Source of the DNA: a virus
Lineage: Duplodnaviria; Caudoviricetes
Virus record (IMG/VR): IMGVR_UViG_3300046615_000261
Coordinates: 32,001 to 96,000 of that record
Direction: 5' to 3' (one strand)
Length of the DNA stretch: 64,000 nucleotides
Made by a program: the position numbers and the translations under genes
Shown here: positions 8,998 to 19,096 of the stretch, one piece after another
Numbering within the stretch: the first letter of the stretch is position 1
How the letters are laid out: every line of letters starts with the position of its first letter
Notes under the pieces: generated by a model
What the model was told of the DNA's origin: nothing
The model's database searches: none
The model's input: the letters and a program-made list of their open reading frames with translations, nothing else

Positions 8998-9294
8998 TCA
9001 CTCTTCGATTGAAACGTCAGGTGAGCCCTGGATCGCGACACCATCGTGCCAGCGCTTTCCACAGATGTGGAGCATGATCCGCGTCTTGTTCTTCAGAGCG
9101 ACAGGCTGCTTGTTCACAAAGACCGTGTTCGAAAAGTTCGAAATGAACACGGACGGTGGGAAGCAGTAATGTCCAGTCGTCATTCGCTGACCCATGTGCG
9201 TGATCGGCATTCCGTTCGCGAACACGTTATCAGATCCCTGAGCACTGAAGTCACCACAGGAAACGCCATCACCGATCCGGACTACGTTCCCCAT
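8998..9294 (-). CDS. PAAR-like spike tip protein
   Basis: RIGD..SCG...AQGSDNVFANG.P and terminal GSPDV with Cys/His metal ligands. Confidence 0.85.
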   Translation of the reverse strand: MGNVVRIGDGVSCGDFSAQGSDNVFANGMPITHMGQRMTTGHYCFPPSVFISNFSNTVFVNKQPVALKNKTRIMLHICGKRWHDGVAIQGSPDVSIEE

Positions 9295-10901
9295 TATGTC
9301 AGGCTCTGCACGTACGACATCGACTTCGAAGCACGATCAAGCCAACCGTTCTGATACTTCGGATTTCCGATGTTCTTGATGAACTGTACTCGAGCAGCGT
9401 TCAGCTTCCGGCAATCTTCAAGTGCCTTATCGGCCGAGTCACTTGTCGCGCTTGTGATCCCGGCATTCGCGTAGATCGTCCGAGCATTACCACAGCCATG
9501 GTGATAATTGATGTCGAACAACATCACCCCAACCTTCTTTGCCTTGTTCGCACAGGACGAAGAGCTGATCTTCCAGTAGTTGTTGAACCCCATCTGCTTC
9601 GCAGCAGCGTAGTCCATTGTCGTGACCTTCACGCTAGGATTCGGCTTCTGAGCAATCCCGAACTTCGTTTCTCCACCTGGGAAATTCTGCGTGTTCACGT
9701 ACCCGACCTTGTAGCGTTGCTGCTTCGTCTCAATCAGACCAGCATCGAGCTCAGAGTCGCCTGGAGAGAATTGCGGAGACGTCATCCAGTGTGGACCGAC
9801 CTCGCTTTGCATCGTGAACTTCCAAGCCTTTTCGAATGGATCGTCTGACTCTGGCGTAGGGTCTGTCGTCTCTGGAGGATCTGCAGCCGGGTATGTTGGG
9901 CCGTACGGCTCGCAGCTGTTCTGCTTTGCTTCGGCTTCCTTCTCGGACATCGAAGCATTCGAATTCTTGGTGCTCAGTGACGATTGATCTGCGTCACCAT
10001 TCGGCAGAGTCTTATCTGCAACAGTGAGCGAACCATTGATCAGCGGTTCTGGATCGACGAACTTGCCGTCAGGGAGCTTCACTTCAAAGTGCAAGTGATT
10101 GCCAGTGCTGGAACCAGTCGTACCTTCAAGCGCGATCTTTTGGCCAGCCATAACCTTCTGGCCTTGAGTGACGTAGATCTTGTTCAAGTGATTGTACGTG
10201 GTCGTACAAAGGTGCTTACCAGACGAAGTGGTGTGCTTCACCCAGACACGAATGCCGTACCCAGTGCTTGGATTACCGCCGCACATTTGAACTTCACCGT
10301 CAGCTGCAGCAACGACGTCCTTCACTGAACGATCAGAGTACTTCATGTCGATCCCAGTGTGCATCTTCTGCACCTTCTGGATTGGGTGCATCCGCAGTCC
10401 GAACTTAGAGTTCACGATTGCGCCAGGCAGTGGAGAGATCAAACGAATCTCGTCACTCTCACCGCCCTTTGTAGGAGCGATCACGAATGCACGATTGTCA
10501 ATTGTGCCGTCTGGATCAGAGGCTTCAACTTGGACGTTGTACGTCTTACCGATTGCTTCATCACTGAACGTGCCAGAGAGCAGACCTTCAGTCGTCATTG
10601 TCAGACCTGGAGGAGTCTCAGAGATCGTCCATGACGTTGCTGTCCGATCAGAGCCAGCAGTAAGCTTGAACTGAGTGTTCGTGCTCACTGCACTGGAAGA
10701 ACGAGTAAGAGGAACAGAGTTGTTCTCGATCTTGTTCTTCACGTTATCAGTTGCGTCATCATGCTTGCCAGAGGTGTTCCCACCACGCGCCATGTAGCAC
10801 TCGATACTTTCGCCTGGACGAATATCGGATTCAGCACCGTTCGCTTCATTGAAAGCTCCGCCGACTGATACCGCAGCCGGAGCGCCTGGGCAGCATGACA
10901 T
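9294..10901 (-). CDS. Multidomain peptidoglycan hydrolase: Ig-like + M23 peptidase + GH108-type lysozyme
   Basis: PPGL...GLLSGT (Ig-like); HTGID, YNHL, STGNHLHFEV (M23); GGETKFGI and GWLDR (GH108/PG-binding). Confidence 0.8.
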   Translation of the reverse strand: MSCCPGAPAAVSVGGAFNEANGAESDIRPGESIECYMARGGNTSGKHDDATDNVKNKIENNSVPLTRSSSAVSTNTQFKLTAGSDRTATSWTISETPPGLTMTTEGLLSGTFSDEAIGKTYNVQVEASDPDGTIDNRAFVIAPTKGGESDEIRLISPLPGAIVNSKFGLRMHPIQKVQKMHTGIDMKYSDRSVKDVVAAADGEVQMCGGNPSTGYGIRVWVKHTTSSGKHLCTTTYNHLNKIYVTQGQKVMAGQKIALEGTTGSSTGNHLHFEVKLPDGKFVDPEPLINGSLTVADKTLPNGDADQSSLSTKNSNASMSEKEAEAKQNSCEPYGPTYPAADPPETTDPTPESDDPFEKAWKFTMQSEVGPHWMTSPQFSPGDSELDAGLIETKQQRYKVGYVNTQNFPGGETKFGIAQKPNPSVKVTTMDYAAAKQMGFNNYWKISSSSCANKAKKVGVMLFDINYHHGCGNARTIYANAGITSATSDSADKALEDCRKLNAARVQFIKNIGNPKYQNGWLDRASKSMSYVQSLT

Positions 10902-11191
10902 TACTTCTTCTCTTCCTTAGTGACTGGTTGCTCGTAGAACGAGATCAACTCTTTGATCAGCGACTCGAGGTCCATCTGACGCTTCTCATTCGCGATGATC
11001 CACTGAGCGAGCTCAAGCTGATTTGCCGTTTGAACGTCAATCGGAGCTGGGTAAACGGGGATCTGCTTCTGAGCAGCCGAGGCAGTACGGACGACGTACT
11101 TCGTTTCAGTCACGACGTCTCGCTTTGTCTCGAACGTGCCAAAGCAGCCAGTCAACATCAGCGCTGCGATAATTGCAACAAGGTATTTCAT
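10901..11191 (-). CDS. Outer-membrane spanin (lipoprotein)
   Basis: Signal peptide with lipobox LTGC; directly after the i-spanin. Confidence 0.75.
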   Translation of the reverse strand: MKYLVAIIAALMLTGCFGTFETKRDVVTETKYVVRTASAAQKQIPVYPAPIDVQTANQLELAQWIIANEKRQMDLESLIKELISFYEQPVTKEEKK

Positions 11192-11595
11192 TTCACGACC
11201 TTTGGAGTGCGTTGAGCCTGAATCCGAGCGATAACTTCCTGCAGAACAGGGCTGAGCTTCACTTGATTCTCTGGGTTCGAGGCTTGGTTCTTGATCACAT
11301 CACCGAGAGCGGTGATCACCTTTGCATCACGTTGACGAGCAGCTTCCAGATTTGCGAGAGACACTTCAATGTCTTTCTTTTCTTTCTTCATCGCGTCAAT
11401 CGTCTCGGTGCTGGTCTTGTTCGCAGTGATTGCCGTATCAAGAGCGCGTTCAGCAGATTCCTTGGCAGCAACTGCCTCGACCCGAGCCGTGTTCGCTCTT
11501 TGGAGCTTCACGTACTGTAGTCCGCCCCAAGCACCAACGCTTGCGATCGCGATCGCTGCGAAAATCGCAATGATCTTAGTTGAGATACCGAACAT
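11188..11595 (-). CDS. Inner-membrane spanin
   Basis: N-terminal TM helix followed by a long Ala/Glu/Lys coiled coil. Confidence 0.7.
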   Translation of the reverse strand: MFGISTKIIAIFAAIAIASVGAWGGLQYVKLQRANTARVEAVAAKESAERALDTAITANKTSTETIDAMKKEKKDIEVSLANLEAARQRDAKVITALGDVIKNQASNPENQVKLSPVLQEVIARIQAQRTPKVVK

Positions 11596-11615
11596 GGGAG
11601 TTATCCTCTAGTATG

Positions 11616-13277
11616 TTAAACACCCATGACCACAACTTTGCAGGCGATCGAGGCGTTGAAGGTTACAGTCAATTGGTTCGCGCTATCGAACTTGATCGAC
11701 TGTGGAATGACTACTTCGTCAATGCTGTCGACGACCGTCACGTTGCAGTACTTCTGTCCGAGATTATGTGTCACGGTGTGGGTCGTTCCTGCTGTGCTGC
11801 CGTTGTACAGGAAGTAGATCTTCTTGTTCACGAAGTTCGTGCCATTGAACACGAACAGATCACCTGCAGTAGGCGCAGTTACCGAGACGTCTGACAGAGA
11901 GTCAGCGTTCTTCGCCACTGCAGAAACGCTTCCGGCAGTGACTGAGAAATCAGATGAGTTGAATGAAGCAATACCCTTCACGACTGTCGTAGCATCGACA
12001 CCGCTGAAGGTTACGCTAGATCCAGTAGCCTGAACAGTGAGACCATTCAGTGCTTCAAAATTTAGATTGCCGCCAAGACCAAGTGACCAAGTCTGAGCGC
12101 CAGAGTTCGAACGGATATTGACTGCACCGCTTGAAGCCAGCATCGTATTCGTAATACCACCAGCTTTGACGCGAAGAATATCAGAGGAAATCTCAATCGA
12201 TGAGCTATCCACGTTCACGTTCAGCACCAAACCGGCGTAAGACAGACCCAAGCCCGCTTGCGCTGGTTGAACACCGGCGAACTGCACCCAGGTGATTACG
12301 TCTGAACCAACCGTTACTACTTCAGCAGTCTGTGTCCAACCAGTATCAGCGTTCACTGATCCTTCGCGAACGAACACCGAAGCACTTGCGAATTCATCTG
12401 CAGAATCTAGATCCTCAGCCCGCGTAAGCGTGCCGCTGTTCAGAACGTAAACGCCGTTCTGTGATGCTGTAGTCTGGTTCTTTACAAGAACACGATCACC
12501 GCTGAGCAGAATAACACCGTCAATTACGGTGACTGAACTGAAGCTCGCAAGATTGACGATCGTCGCTGCGCGAACCGATGCCTTCCAGGCAAGACCATTC
12601 AGCGCAGCATCGAACTGAGCTTTGTTGATCGCATCAGTTCCCGCCGTACCTGGCAACAGACCTGTAAGCTTGTGCGAACCAAGTGAAATGTTCGCAGTAA
12701 CTGAAGAGGTACCATCGGTCTTGATGTAATCAGTACCGATCGACCCGAGGCCGAGAGCAGCTCGCGCTGCACTTGCATCAACAGTATTCAGCAGCGTTCG
12801 TGCATAGCTCGTGAGCGGTGTCGTTTGAACAGTCGTTGGGCTTGTGAAGTACGGGAACGTGTCCGCTGAAGGTGTTAGGGCTGCGATCGCAGTGAGCTTC
12901 ACATTCAGCGGGACGATCGCTGAATTGATCTGCTGCAGGACATTCGTCAGACTTGTAGGAGCCGTGACGTTCGCCCAACCAGTGAACGTACCCGGTACGA
13001 ATACGCCAAGTGAACTGACGGCTGCGCCAATGGAGGTTTCAAGAGCATCCAGTTCAGCCTGATCAGCACCACCGCTTCCACCACCGCCAGTGCCGCCTTG
13101 AATCGTTGTCCAGCCAGAGCTAGCACCGACGTAGATCAAATCTTCAGTGGTGTTCCAAAGGAGACGGCCAAGATCAGGCGTTCCGAATGTAGGCAGTGAC
13201 GCCACCTTTTCAATCCGAAGGTTCTTTGCCTCAGATGAACTGGAAGTGTCAAAAATCAGACTGCCCTTGATTCTCAT
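11616..13277 (-). CDS. Virion structural / fibre protein (553 aa)
   Basis: DRVLVKNQ..NGVY module and C-terminal HNLG..V.V.D module typical of large-phage tail proteins. Confidence 0.7.
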   Translation of the reverse strand: MRIKGSLIFDTSSSSEAKNLRIEKVASLPTFGTPDLGRLLWNTTEDLIYVGASSGWTTIQGGTGGGGSGGADQAELDALETSIGAAVSSLGVFVPGTFTGWANVTAPTSLTNVLQQINSAIVPLNVKLTAIAALTPSADTFPYFTSPTTVQTTPLTSYARTLLNTVDASAARAALGLGSIGTDYIKTDGTSSVTANISLGSHKLTGLLPGTAGTDAINKAQFDAALNGLAWKASVRAATIVNLASFSSVTVIDGVILLSGDRVLVKNQTTASQNGVYVLNSGTLTRAEDLDSADEFASASVFVREGSVNADTGWTQTAEVVTVGSDVITWVQFAGVQPAQAGLGLSYAGLVLNVNVDSSSIEISSDILRVKAGGITNTMLASSGAVNIRSNSGAQTWSLGLGGNLNFEALNGLTVQATGSSVTFSGVDATTVVKGIASFNSSDFSVTAGSVSAVAKNADSLSDVSVTAPTAGDLFVFNGTNFVNKKIYFLYNGSTAGTTHTVTHNLGQKYCNVTVVDSIDEVVIPQSIKFDSANQLTVTFNASIACKVVVMGV

Positions 13278-13286
13278 GACAAGCCT

Positions 13287-13514
13287 TTAGAGGATGCGCT
13301 TTGTTGCCGTGGTCAGGGCCTTGATCGCGTTATTCAGAGCGACTGGTTCGACCAACGATTGGCCGAGATTGAATTCGGTTAGAACTGACGCATCCACTTC
13401 AACGAAGCAGAAGATGCCCCGCTTACCGTCTTTCTCGATGCGATCGAGTCGAAACCCCTTGACCTTAAGGGTCGCAGCGAGCACGATGTCGCTGGTATTT
13501 GTCGTCTGGTTCAT
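13287..13514 (-). CDS. Small late protein, DUF5659-like
   Basis: TSDIVLAATL..KGF.L...RGIFCF pattern; late box upstream. Confidence 0.55.
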   Translation of the reverse strand: MNQTTNTSDIVLAATLKVKGFRLDRIEKDGKRGIFCFVEVDASVLTEFNLGQSLVEPVALNNAIKALTTATKRIL

Positions 13515-13540
13515 TTTGCACTACTTAACTTGGGACAGTG

Positions 13541-13546
13541 TATTTA
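13541..13546 (-). promoter_or_regulatory. Late promoter box TAAATA
   Basis: 26 nt before ATG 13514. Confidence 0.6.
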
Positions 13547-13600
13547 GTGCAGGATGGTCGCGTTGGGGCACAACCTTTATCGGCAGTGCCCCACGAAACA

Positions 13601-14239
13601 TTAGGTCACGGTGATCGTGAGCGTGTAAACCACGGTCAGTTCACGATTGCCAGTGTGCTCGATTGGCGAGAAGATCAGGTGCGAGAGCATCAGTTCATCG
13701 GTTTCGTTCAGCAGATCTGGAGCGCCAGTACCGTGCGTGAACAGGCCGAGTTCGTCAAAGAAGTACAGACCTTCGGTTGGAGTCGTGTCAACGCCGTCCA
13801 GACCACCACCTTCGTCTGTTTCACCGTCAGCACCGTCAGTAGGACGATTCACGGCTTCATTCGCTGCGACAACGCAGGTAACGATCACGCGAGTGCTCGT
13901 CGAAGAAGGAATGTTCGTGTACGTCACGCTGTTACCAACGCCAACGACTGAGTCGCTGTCATCCACAACTTCAACGTACGTTGGGTTGTACAAGTCAGCG
14001 GTCACACCAGTGGTGTTCGGCGGACGGAACACGATCTGCTGCGACGAGTCAACGTACGTGCCTTGGTTGCCGAGCTTGAGCTTGAAGATCTGGAAGTTGT
14101 TCCCGTTCGACAGACCACGAGCAATCGCTGTTGCCATATTGCCTGGGTGAATCGCGTTCTTCTTCTCCATGAGCACGTTCCCGAGGCTGTCCTTAACCTG
14201 GACGGTGCCTACGATGTGAGTGTTCAGAGTTGCTTTCAT
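13601..14239 (-). CDS. Baseplate/tail-collar-type structural protein
   Basis: FDELGLF...LSHLIFSPIEH...TVVYTLTI pattern of fibre-attachment proteins. Confidence 0.65.
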   Translation of the reverse strand: MKATLNTHIVGTVQVKDSLGNVLMEKKNAIHPGNMATAIARGLSNGNNFQIFKLKLGNQGTYVDSSQQIVFRPPNTTGVTADLYNPTYVEVVDDSDSVVGVGNSVTYTNIPSSTSTRVIVTCVVAANEAVNRPTDGADGETDEGGGLDGVDTTPTEGLYFFDELGLFTHGTGAPDLLNETDELMLSHLIFSPIEHTGNRELTVVYTLTITVT

Positions 14240-14269
14240 TTCTTTTCCTATTGGAAGGGTTGTACCCGG

Positions 14270-14275
14270 TATTTA
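14270..14275 (-). promoter_or_regulatory. Late promoter box TAAATA
   Basis: Overlaps the TAA stop of the 1601-aa gene; 30 nt before ATG 14239. Confidence 0.6.
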
Positions 14276-17200
14276 GATAACGATCAGTTTGAGTTCCGAG
14301 GCTTGCGCCTGACGGAACCTGAATACGCGATTGTTCACGCGTTCAACGACTGGAACTTGTTGTGGTGCTGCATCAGTTGGACGCCACAGGTAGATGGTCG
14401 GGATCACAGCAGTCGGTTGGCTGAACGAGATTTCGATCAGCTGCGAACCTGGAGCATCAATGACCATTGGAGTGACGAAGTCAGCGTACAGCACGCCACC
14501 ACCTGGCAATGCGCCGAACGGTCCAGTACCAACCGGGTACATCATCGTGACGGTGTCTGGAGGAGTGTCCAGGCCGTCAGCATCGTACCCGTACATGCTG
14601 TACCCGTTAGTGTCTACTGCTCGAGCCGTGAACGCCTCAACGATTGCCGTAGCAGCCGAGGCTGTTGGCTCATCCTTCACGCTGATACCCAAGCCAATTG
14701 CTGGAATACCGAAGCCGAACCCGGTCGGCGTGTAATTGATTGCATCATCGTCAGAGAGACGCTGAACGAATTCTTCCAGCGTCGTTCCGGTGATGTCGCC
14801 GTCTGTCAGGTAAGGATTAACCAAACTCGACAGATCGAGCATCGTGGCTTGCTCTTGCGGAGTCAGATCCACTGGATCCTTCAGCGCGAGCATCTTCGCG
14901 GTGATGAAGTGATCAGTCAGAGCTTGGCCAGCATCGTAGTAGCCGTCTACACCGTCTTCACCATCGTACGGCATGTTGTCGTAACCTGGCAAGAATCCGG
15001 TGAATGGGCCGTCGCTCATCACGACGTCCATGACGTTCGAGTAGTTCGCCTTGATGTAGAACTTGTACGAATCAGTGACCGAGACATGCAGCACGTCTTG
15101 GTACATCGAGTCTTCATCCAGACCACCGCCACTGATCATGAACGCGATACCTTCGGTCATGTTCACGTGGATGTTCTCGTTCATGCCATTGCCGTACGTG
15201 ACGATCGTGGCTTCTGCGTTCAGCGGCAGGTACTTCGACGCGAACACCGAGTCCCAGCTGAAGATCACAGGTTCGTTCAGCGACGTGCCGATCGAGCGAA
15301 CAGTACCGACCAACTCACCTGTAGTAGCGGCTCGGACCACGACGTGCGTCGCAGGGTCACTGAACTCGGCCTGTGTAGTACCATCAAGCTTAGTGATCAG
15401 CGTTGGAATCCAGCCTCTCAGGACCCCTGTCTCAGGGCTCGTGTTCACCAATGGAACGCCAGAACCTGTGGTGTGATCGACGACGCGGAGGTCAGTCGTC
15501 TGCAGACCGAGCGGAGCGAACGACGCGAGCTGAACGGGGTCACGGGAATTGATCGAGATTCGGATGTCGTCTGAGCGAGTCCGGGAGAACAGAACGAAGT
15601 CTTCGTTCGTTGGAGCACGACCTGCAGAGGTGCGAACGATCGCAAGATCATGCCCCATCGCCAGGTTGTAGTCATCGGAAACGAGATCGACAACGAACGT
15701 CTTACCAGCCTCAGCGATTGGCAGACCGAACTGAACGAACTTGTCAGAGACGGAGAATTCTCCACCACCAACAACCGCACCGTTCCGGTACAGCGTCCAC
15801 CAATTGTCGTTCAGCGCCTTGATCGTGTACACGCACGAAGTCGTGTCATCACGGAGACGCTGGAGCGTGATCAGACCGATGCTCGATGTCCATGGAGAAC
15901 CTGCGCCGAGGAGCAGACCATCTTCGAACACGGCCACTTCTGGCGTGACGAACTTGAAACCAATCTTGCCGTTCCAGTACCACTCGTTGATCGATGCTGG
16001 CTTGTTCCAGCCAGAGACCGAACCGTGCACCAAGAACATTGGACGCTTTTCGTACGTCTCGAACAGGAACGCATCAGGAGCGAGCAATCCGGACATGCCT
16101 TCATGGATCGTCCAGTGGATGTTCAGCTCAGTGTTGTAGTACGAGCGACCGTCTGTCGCCATGTTCACGGTGATCGGGGTGCTCAGAACAGGAGAACCGT
16201 TGTGAACGCCAGTCGTGTGAACACCTTGAATGGAGTACGTACGTGGACCAATCATTTGAACTGTCCACTTTGCAGGAACAGTTTCAAAGAAGTTATCAGC
16301 GCGTGGAACCAGGCGTGGAACGCGGTGCGAGACGATGCCAGCTGGAGTCGTTTGAACTGGTGGCTGATTCAGAACAGTCCAGCCAATCACGTCACCGCCG
16401 TCAGTCACGTCAGTCATGACTTCACCAGCTTCACCGAGGAGCTGAACGTCTGCGTACGATGTCGGGCACGTTGGGTTCCCCGAGTCAACATTGATGTTCA
16501 GCCAACTGATAGTCGCTGGCGGATGATCGCCTGTGAACGCTGTTTCTTCGAATACTCCGTTGCTCAGGCGAGTCAAACGAACTGTCGTGTTCCCTGCACC
16601 CGCAGCCAGCGTGAACATGGCTTCGTACCATTCACCATCGACGAGAGTGTCGGTCGAGATGAATTTTGATTCGGTGCCAATGTATGCTACTGGGCGGCGA
16701 GCAGAGTCGAATGCTGCTTCACGGCGTGGATTGATCGCGATCGTGTCGCCATCAGTCAGGAATTCGAACACCGCAGCATCGTCAAGAAGGGCTTCATCGA
16801 CCTTGAATTTGATCTTGATCGTCTCAGCGAAGAACGGATCATCGAGCTCCTTTACGAGAACGGCGTGGATTTCATTGTCTTGTGAATCAACGTTCACACC
16901 CTGGCCGTATGGAGTGCTCACGAACGTGAACAGATCTGGTCCAGATTCGCGAGTCCAAGAAGTGAAGTCCTCAGTGTACAGTGCAGTCGCTGTCTCGCTC
17001 CAAGTTGAGCGAGCACGGGCTGCAATGAATGGCTTACCAGCTTCTACGAGCTTGAACGAGATACCTTCCTCTTCATTCGAGTACGAATCGCCTACATTGA
17101 TCGTGTCAACGAGCATCCAAGACGTTTCGTCTTCCGAGTAGAACTCGAGAGCGAATGAGCTCGAGTACCAAAGTTCCAAGTCAGCGTTCACATCGGTCGA

Positions 17201-19078
17201 TGACTCGTCCATGTGGAACTTCGTAGCGGCATCTGGATTCGTTGGATCCAGCGAAGCAATCAAGTTCACCTTGTTCGTTGGCGTGCTGTTCTGGAGCAGG
17301 AGTGGACGCGATTCATCAGCGATCGCACGGAGACGCCATTGACGACCGTCAACCGCAGATTGCGTGATCTGCAGACCGAATTCGTACAGATCGTACGCAG
17401 TGAACCGCGAGTCGTATCCGAAATCCAGCGTTGTGAGGTAATCCTGAACTGCGTCATTCACGGTGTTGTACACCCACTCAGCACCATCGTACGGATCCAT
17501 GTCAAAGCCGTACGACAGATCCAGATCCTTTGCCGTTGGTTCTTCGTTCAGAACATCGATGTAGAATCGATCACCTGGCTCGAATGTGTACGATGTACCT
17601 TGGCGAATGCTGAAGATAAGGCGTCCATCATTGAACGTCGTATTCACTTCCGCAACTTCTTGGTAGAACGGTTCAGCAGTGTTCGTGACCGAGAATGTTG
17701 TCGCGGTCAAGGCAGTCAGAACGATCGTGCTCGTTGGGAACGTCAGATCCACGATGTTGATCATGTTCACGACGCCAGCATCGTCTTGTACGTACCCGTA
17801 CCGAGTCGACGTCAGCACTGGGCGTGAGTACGCCATTGGGTTCACTTTGATGATCGACCAGGTCTCACTCGAGGAGTCCTTGTGGATCGTGACCTTTGCT
17901 TGAGGCGTAAGCTGAATCTCGGTGCCAACAACCATTGGTGATGTGCCAGCCGAGAGGGTGAATCGAATTTGCGGCGCGTTGAAAACGCCTGGCATTGAAG
18001 CAACACCGATCACACCAGAACTCGAACCAGTTACAAAGAACGTGTTCGAAGTCGCTGCACGGAGAGTCCACTCTTCGTACTCAGGGCGATTAATGTTCGG
18101 AATGATGTTCGTGACCTTGATGTCATCACGATCGAGCTCAGTGATAGAGCTGTAGTACAGCATACCGGTTTCACGGCCAATACCCGAACCGTCTGAACGT
18201 GGTGTCAGATCGTTGTACGAGTTCCGGAACATCGAGGTTGTGCACGCCCCAAGTGCCTTGTGCACCTCAGCCCACGTAAAATAACCACCAGACGGAATCA
18301 CTGGTACATCAGCTGCAGCGAGTGCGTTCGTGAGAGCTTCGTACGTGTGCGGCAGATCGCCGTCATTAACGATCAGTTGAGTAGCATCAAGAGCTGCCTG
18401 TGAATCCGTGTCAGGAGTAATTGCAAGTTGAGCAGCGATCTGCGTCAGGATAAGCTGAACGCGGCTGATAGCTGAACTTGGATTCGTCTTGTCCAGAGCC
18501 TGGGCTTGAACAACCGCCGTAGCATGAGCGAGAACACCTTCAGTGCGGCGCTCAGCGAACAACGGCAAGTACTGACCTTCCATCGTCTGCGCTTGCTTCA
18601 CTTGGAAGACGTACGCACCGTGCGACAGGAAGACGTCATGACCCTCAAGCAATGGCTCAGAGGTAGCGCCATCACCCTTGCGCTGCAGGAAAGCATCAGC
18701 AAGACCGATACCTTCGAGAGCCGTTGGATCGTATGCGAATGGAACGAGAGGCAGATCGGTATTCTCATCGCGACCGACCTTGAATGCGCCACGATTCTCA
18801 GCGATCACGCTGTTCTTCGTGAACCCGCGGAAGAGCGGAGACACTACGCGGTGAATTGGCGTTTGCGGAGCAGGAGTCGAAACACCGTTCGCAAAATGGC
18901 TGTACATCCAGGCGCCCTTGGCCGTGACATTCGTGAACAGACGTTCCTTGATGTCTACAGTCATGTCATCGCTGAAGCGATACTCCTCGATGATTTCAGT
19001 CAGCTTGGAGTGATAGGGCTTGGTATCATTCAGGAACGATACCAGCGAGCCTACATATGTGGAATTTTTGTTCGCCAT
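14273..19078 (-). CDS. Large baseplate/virion protein (1601 aa)
   Basis: N-terminal FLNDTKPYHSKL motif; beta-rich; follows the 2960-aa baseplate gene. Confidence 0.7.
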   Translation of the reverse strand: MANKNSTYVGSLVSFLNDTKPYHSKLTEIIEEYRFSDDMTVDIKERLFTNVTAKGAWMYSHFANGVSTPAPQTPIHRVVSPLFRGFTKNSVIAENRGAFKVGRDENTDLPLVPFAYDPTALEGIGLADAFLQRKGDGATSEPLLEGHDVFLSHGAYVFQVKQAQTMEGQYLPLFAERRTEGVLAHATAVVQAQALDKTNPSSAISRVQLILTQIAAQLAITPDTDSQAALDATQLIVNDGDLPHTYEALTNALAAADVPVIPSGGYFTWAEVHKALGACTTSMFRNSYNDLTPRSDGSGIGRETGMLYYSSITELDRDDIKVTNIIPNINRPEYEEWTLRAATSNTFFVTGSSSGVIGVASMPGVFNAPQIRFTLSAGTSPMVVGTEIQLTPQAKVTIHKDSSSETWSIIKVNPMAYSRPVLTSTRYGYVQDDAGVVNMINIVDLTFPTSTIVLTALTATTFSVTNTAEPFYQEVAEVNTTFNDGRLIFSIRQGTSYTFEPGDRFYIDVLNEEPTAKDLDLSYGFDMDPYDGAEWVYNTVNDAVQDYLTTLDFGYDSRFTAYDLYEFGLQITQSAVDGRQWRLRAIADESRPLLLQNSTPTNKVNLIASLDPTNPDAATKFHMDESSTDVNADLELWYSSSFALEFYSEDETSWMLVDTINVGDSYSNEEEGISFKLVEAGKPFIAARARSTWSETATALYTEDFTSWTRESGPDLFTFVSTPYGQGVNVDSQDNEIHAVLVKELDDPFFAETIKIKFKVDEALLDDAAVFEFLTDGDTIAINPRREAAFDSARRPVAYIGTESKFISTDTLVDGEWYEAMFTLAAGAGNTTVRLTRLSNGVFEETAFTGDHPPATISWLNINVDSGNPTCPTSYADVQLLGEAGEVMTDVTDGGDVIGWTVLNQPPVQTTPAGIVSHRVPRLVPRADNFFETVPAKWTVQMIGPRTYSIQGVHTTGVHNGSPVLSTPITVNMATDGRSYYNTELNIHWTIHEGMSGLLAPDAFLFETYEKRPMFLVHGSVSGWNKPASINEWYWNGKIGFKFVTPEVAVFEDGLLLGAGSPWTSSIGLITLQRLRDDTTSCVYTIKALNDNWWTLYRNGAVVGGGEFSVSDKFVQFGLPIAEAGKTFVVDLVSDDYNLAMGHDLAIVRTSAGRAPTNEDFVLFSRTRSDDIRISINSRDPVQLASFAPLGLQTTDLRVVDHTTGSGVPLVNTSPETGVLRGWIPTLITKLDGTTQAEFSDPATHVVVRAATTGELVGTVRSIGTSLNEPVIFSWDSVFASKYLPLNAEATIVTYGNGMNENIHVNMTEGIAFMISGGGLDEDSMYQDVLHVSVTDSYKFYIKANYSNVMDVVMSDGPFTGFLPGYDNMPYDGEDGVDGYYDAGQALTDHFITAKMLALKDPVDLTPQEQATMLDLSSLVNPYLTDGDITGTTLEEFVQRLSDDDAINYTPTGFGFGIPAIGLGISVKDEPTASAATAIVEAFTARAVDTNGYSMYGYDADGLDTPPDTVTMMYPVGTGPFGALPGGGVLYADFVTPMVIDAPGSQLIEISFSQPTAVIPTIYLWRPTDAAPQQVPVVERVNNRVFRFRQAQASELKLIVI

Positions 19079-19096
19079 TACTTATTCGATCAAAGC

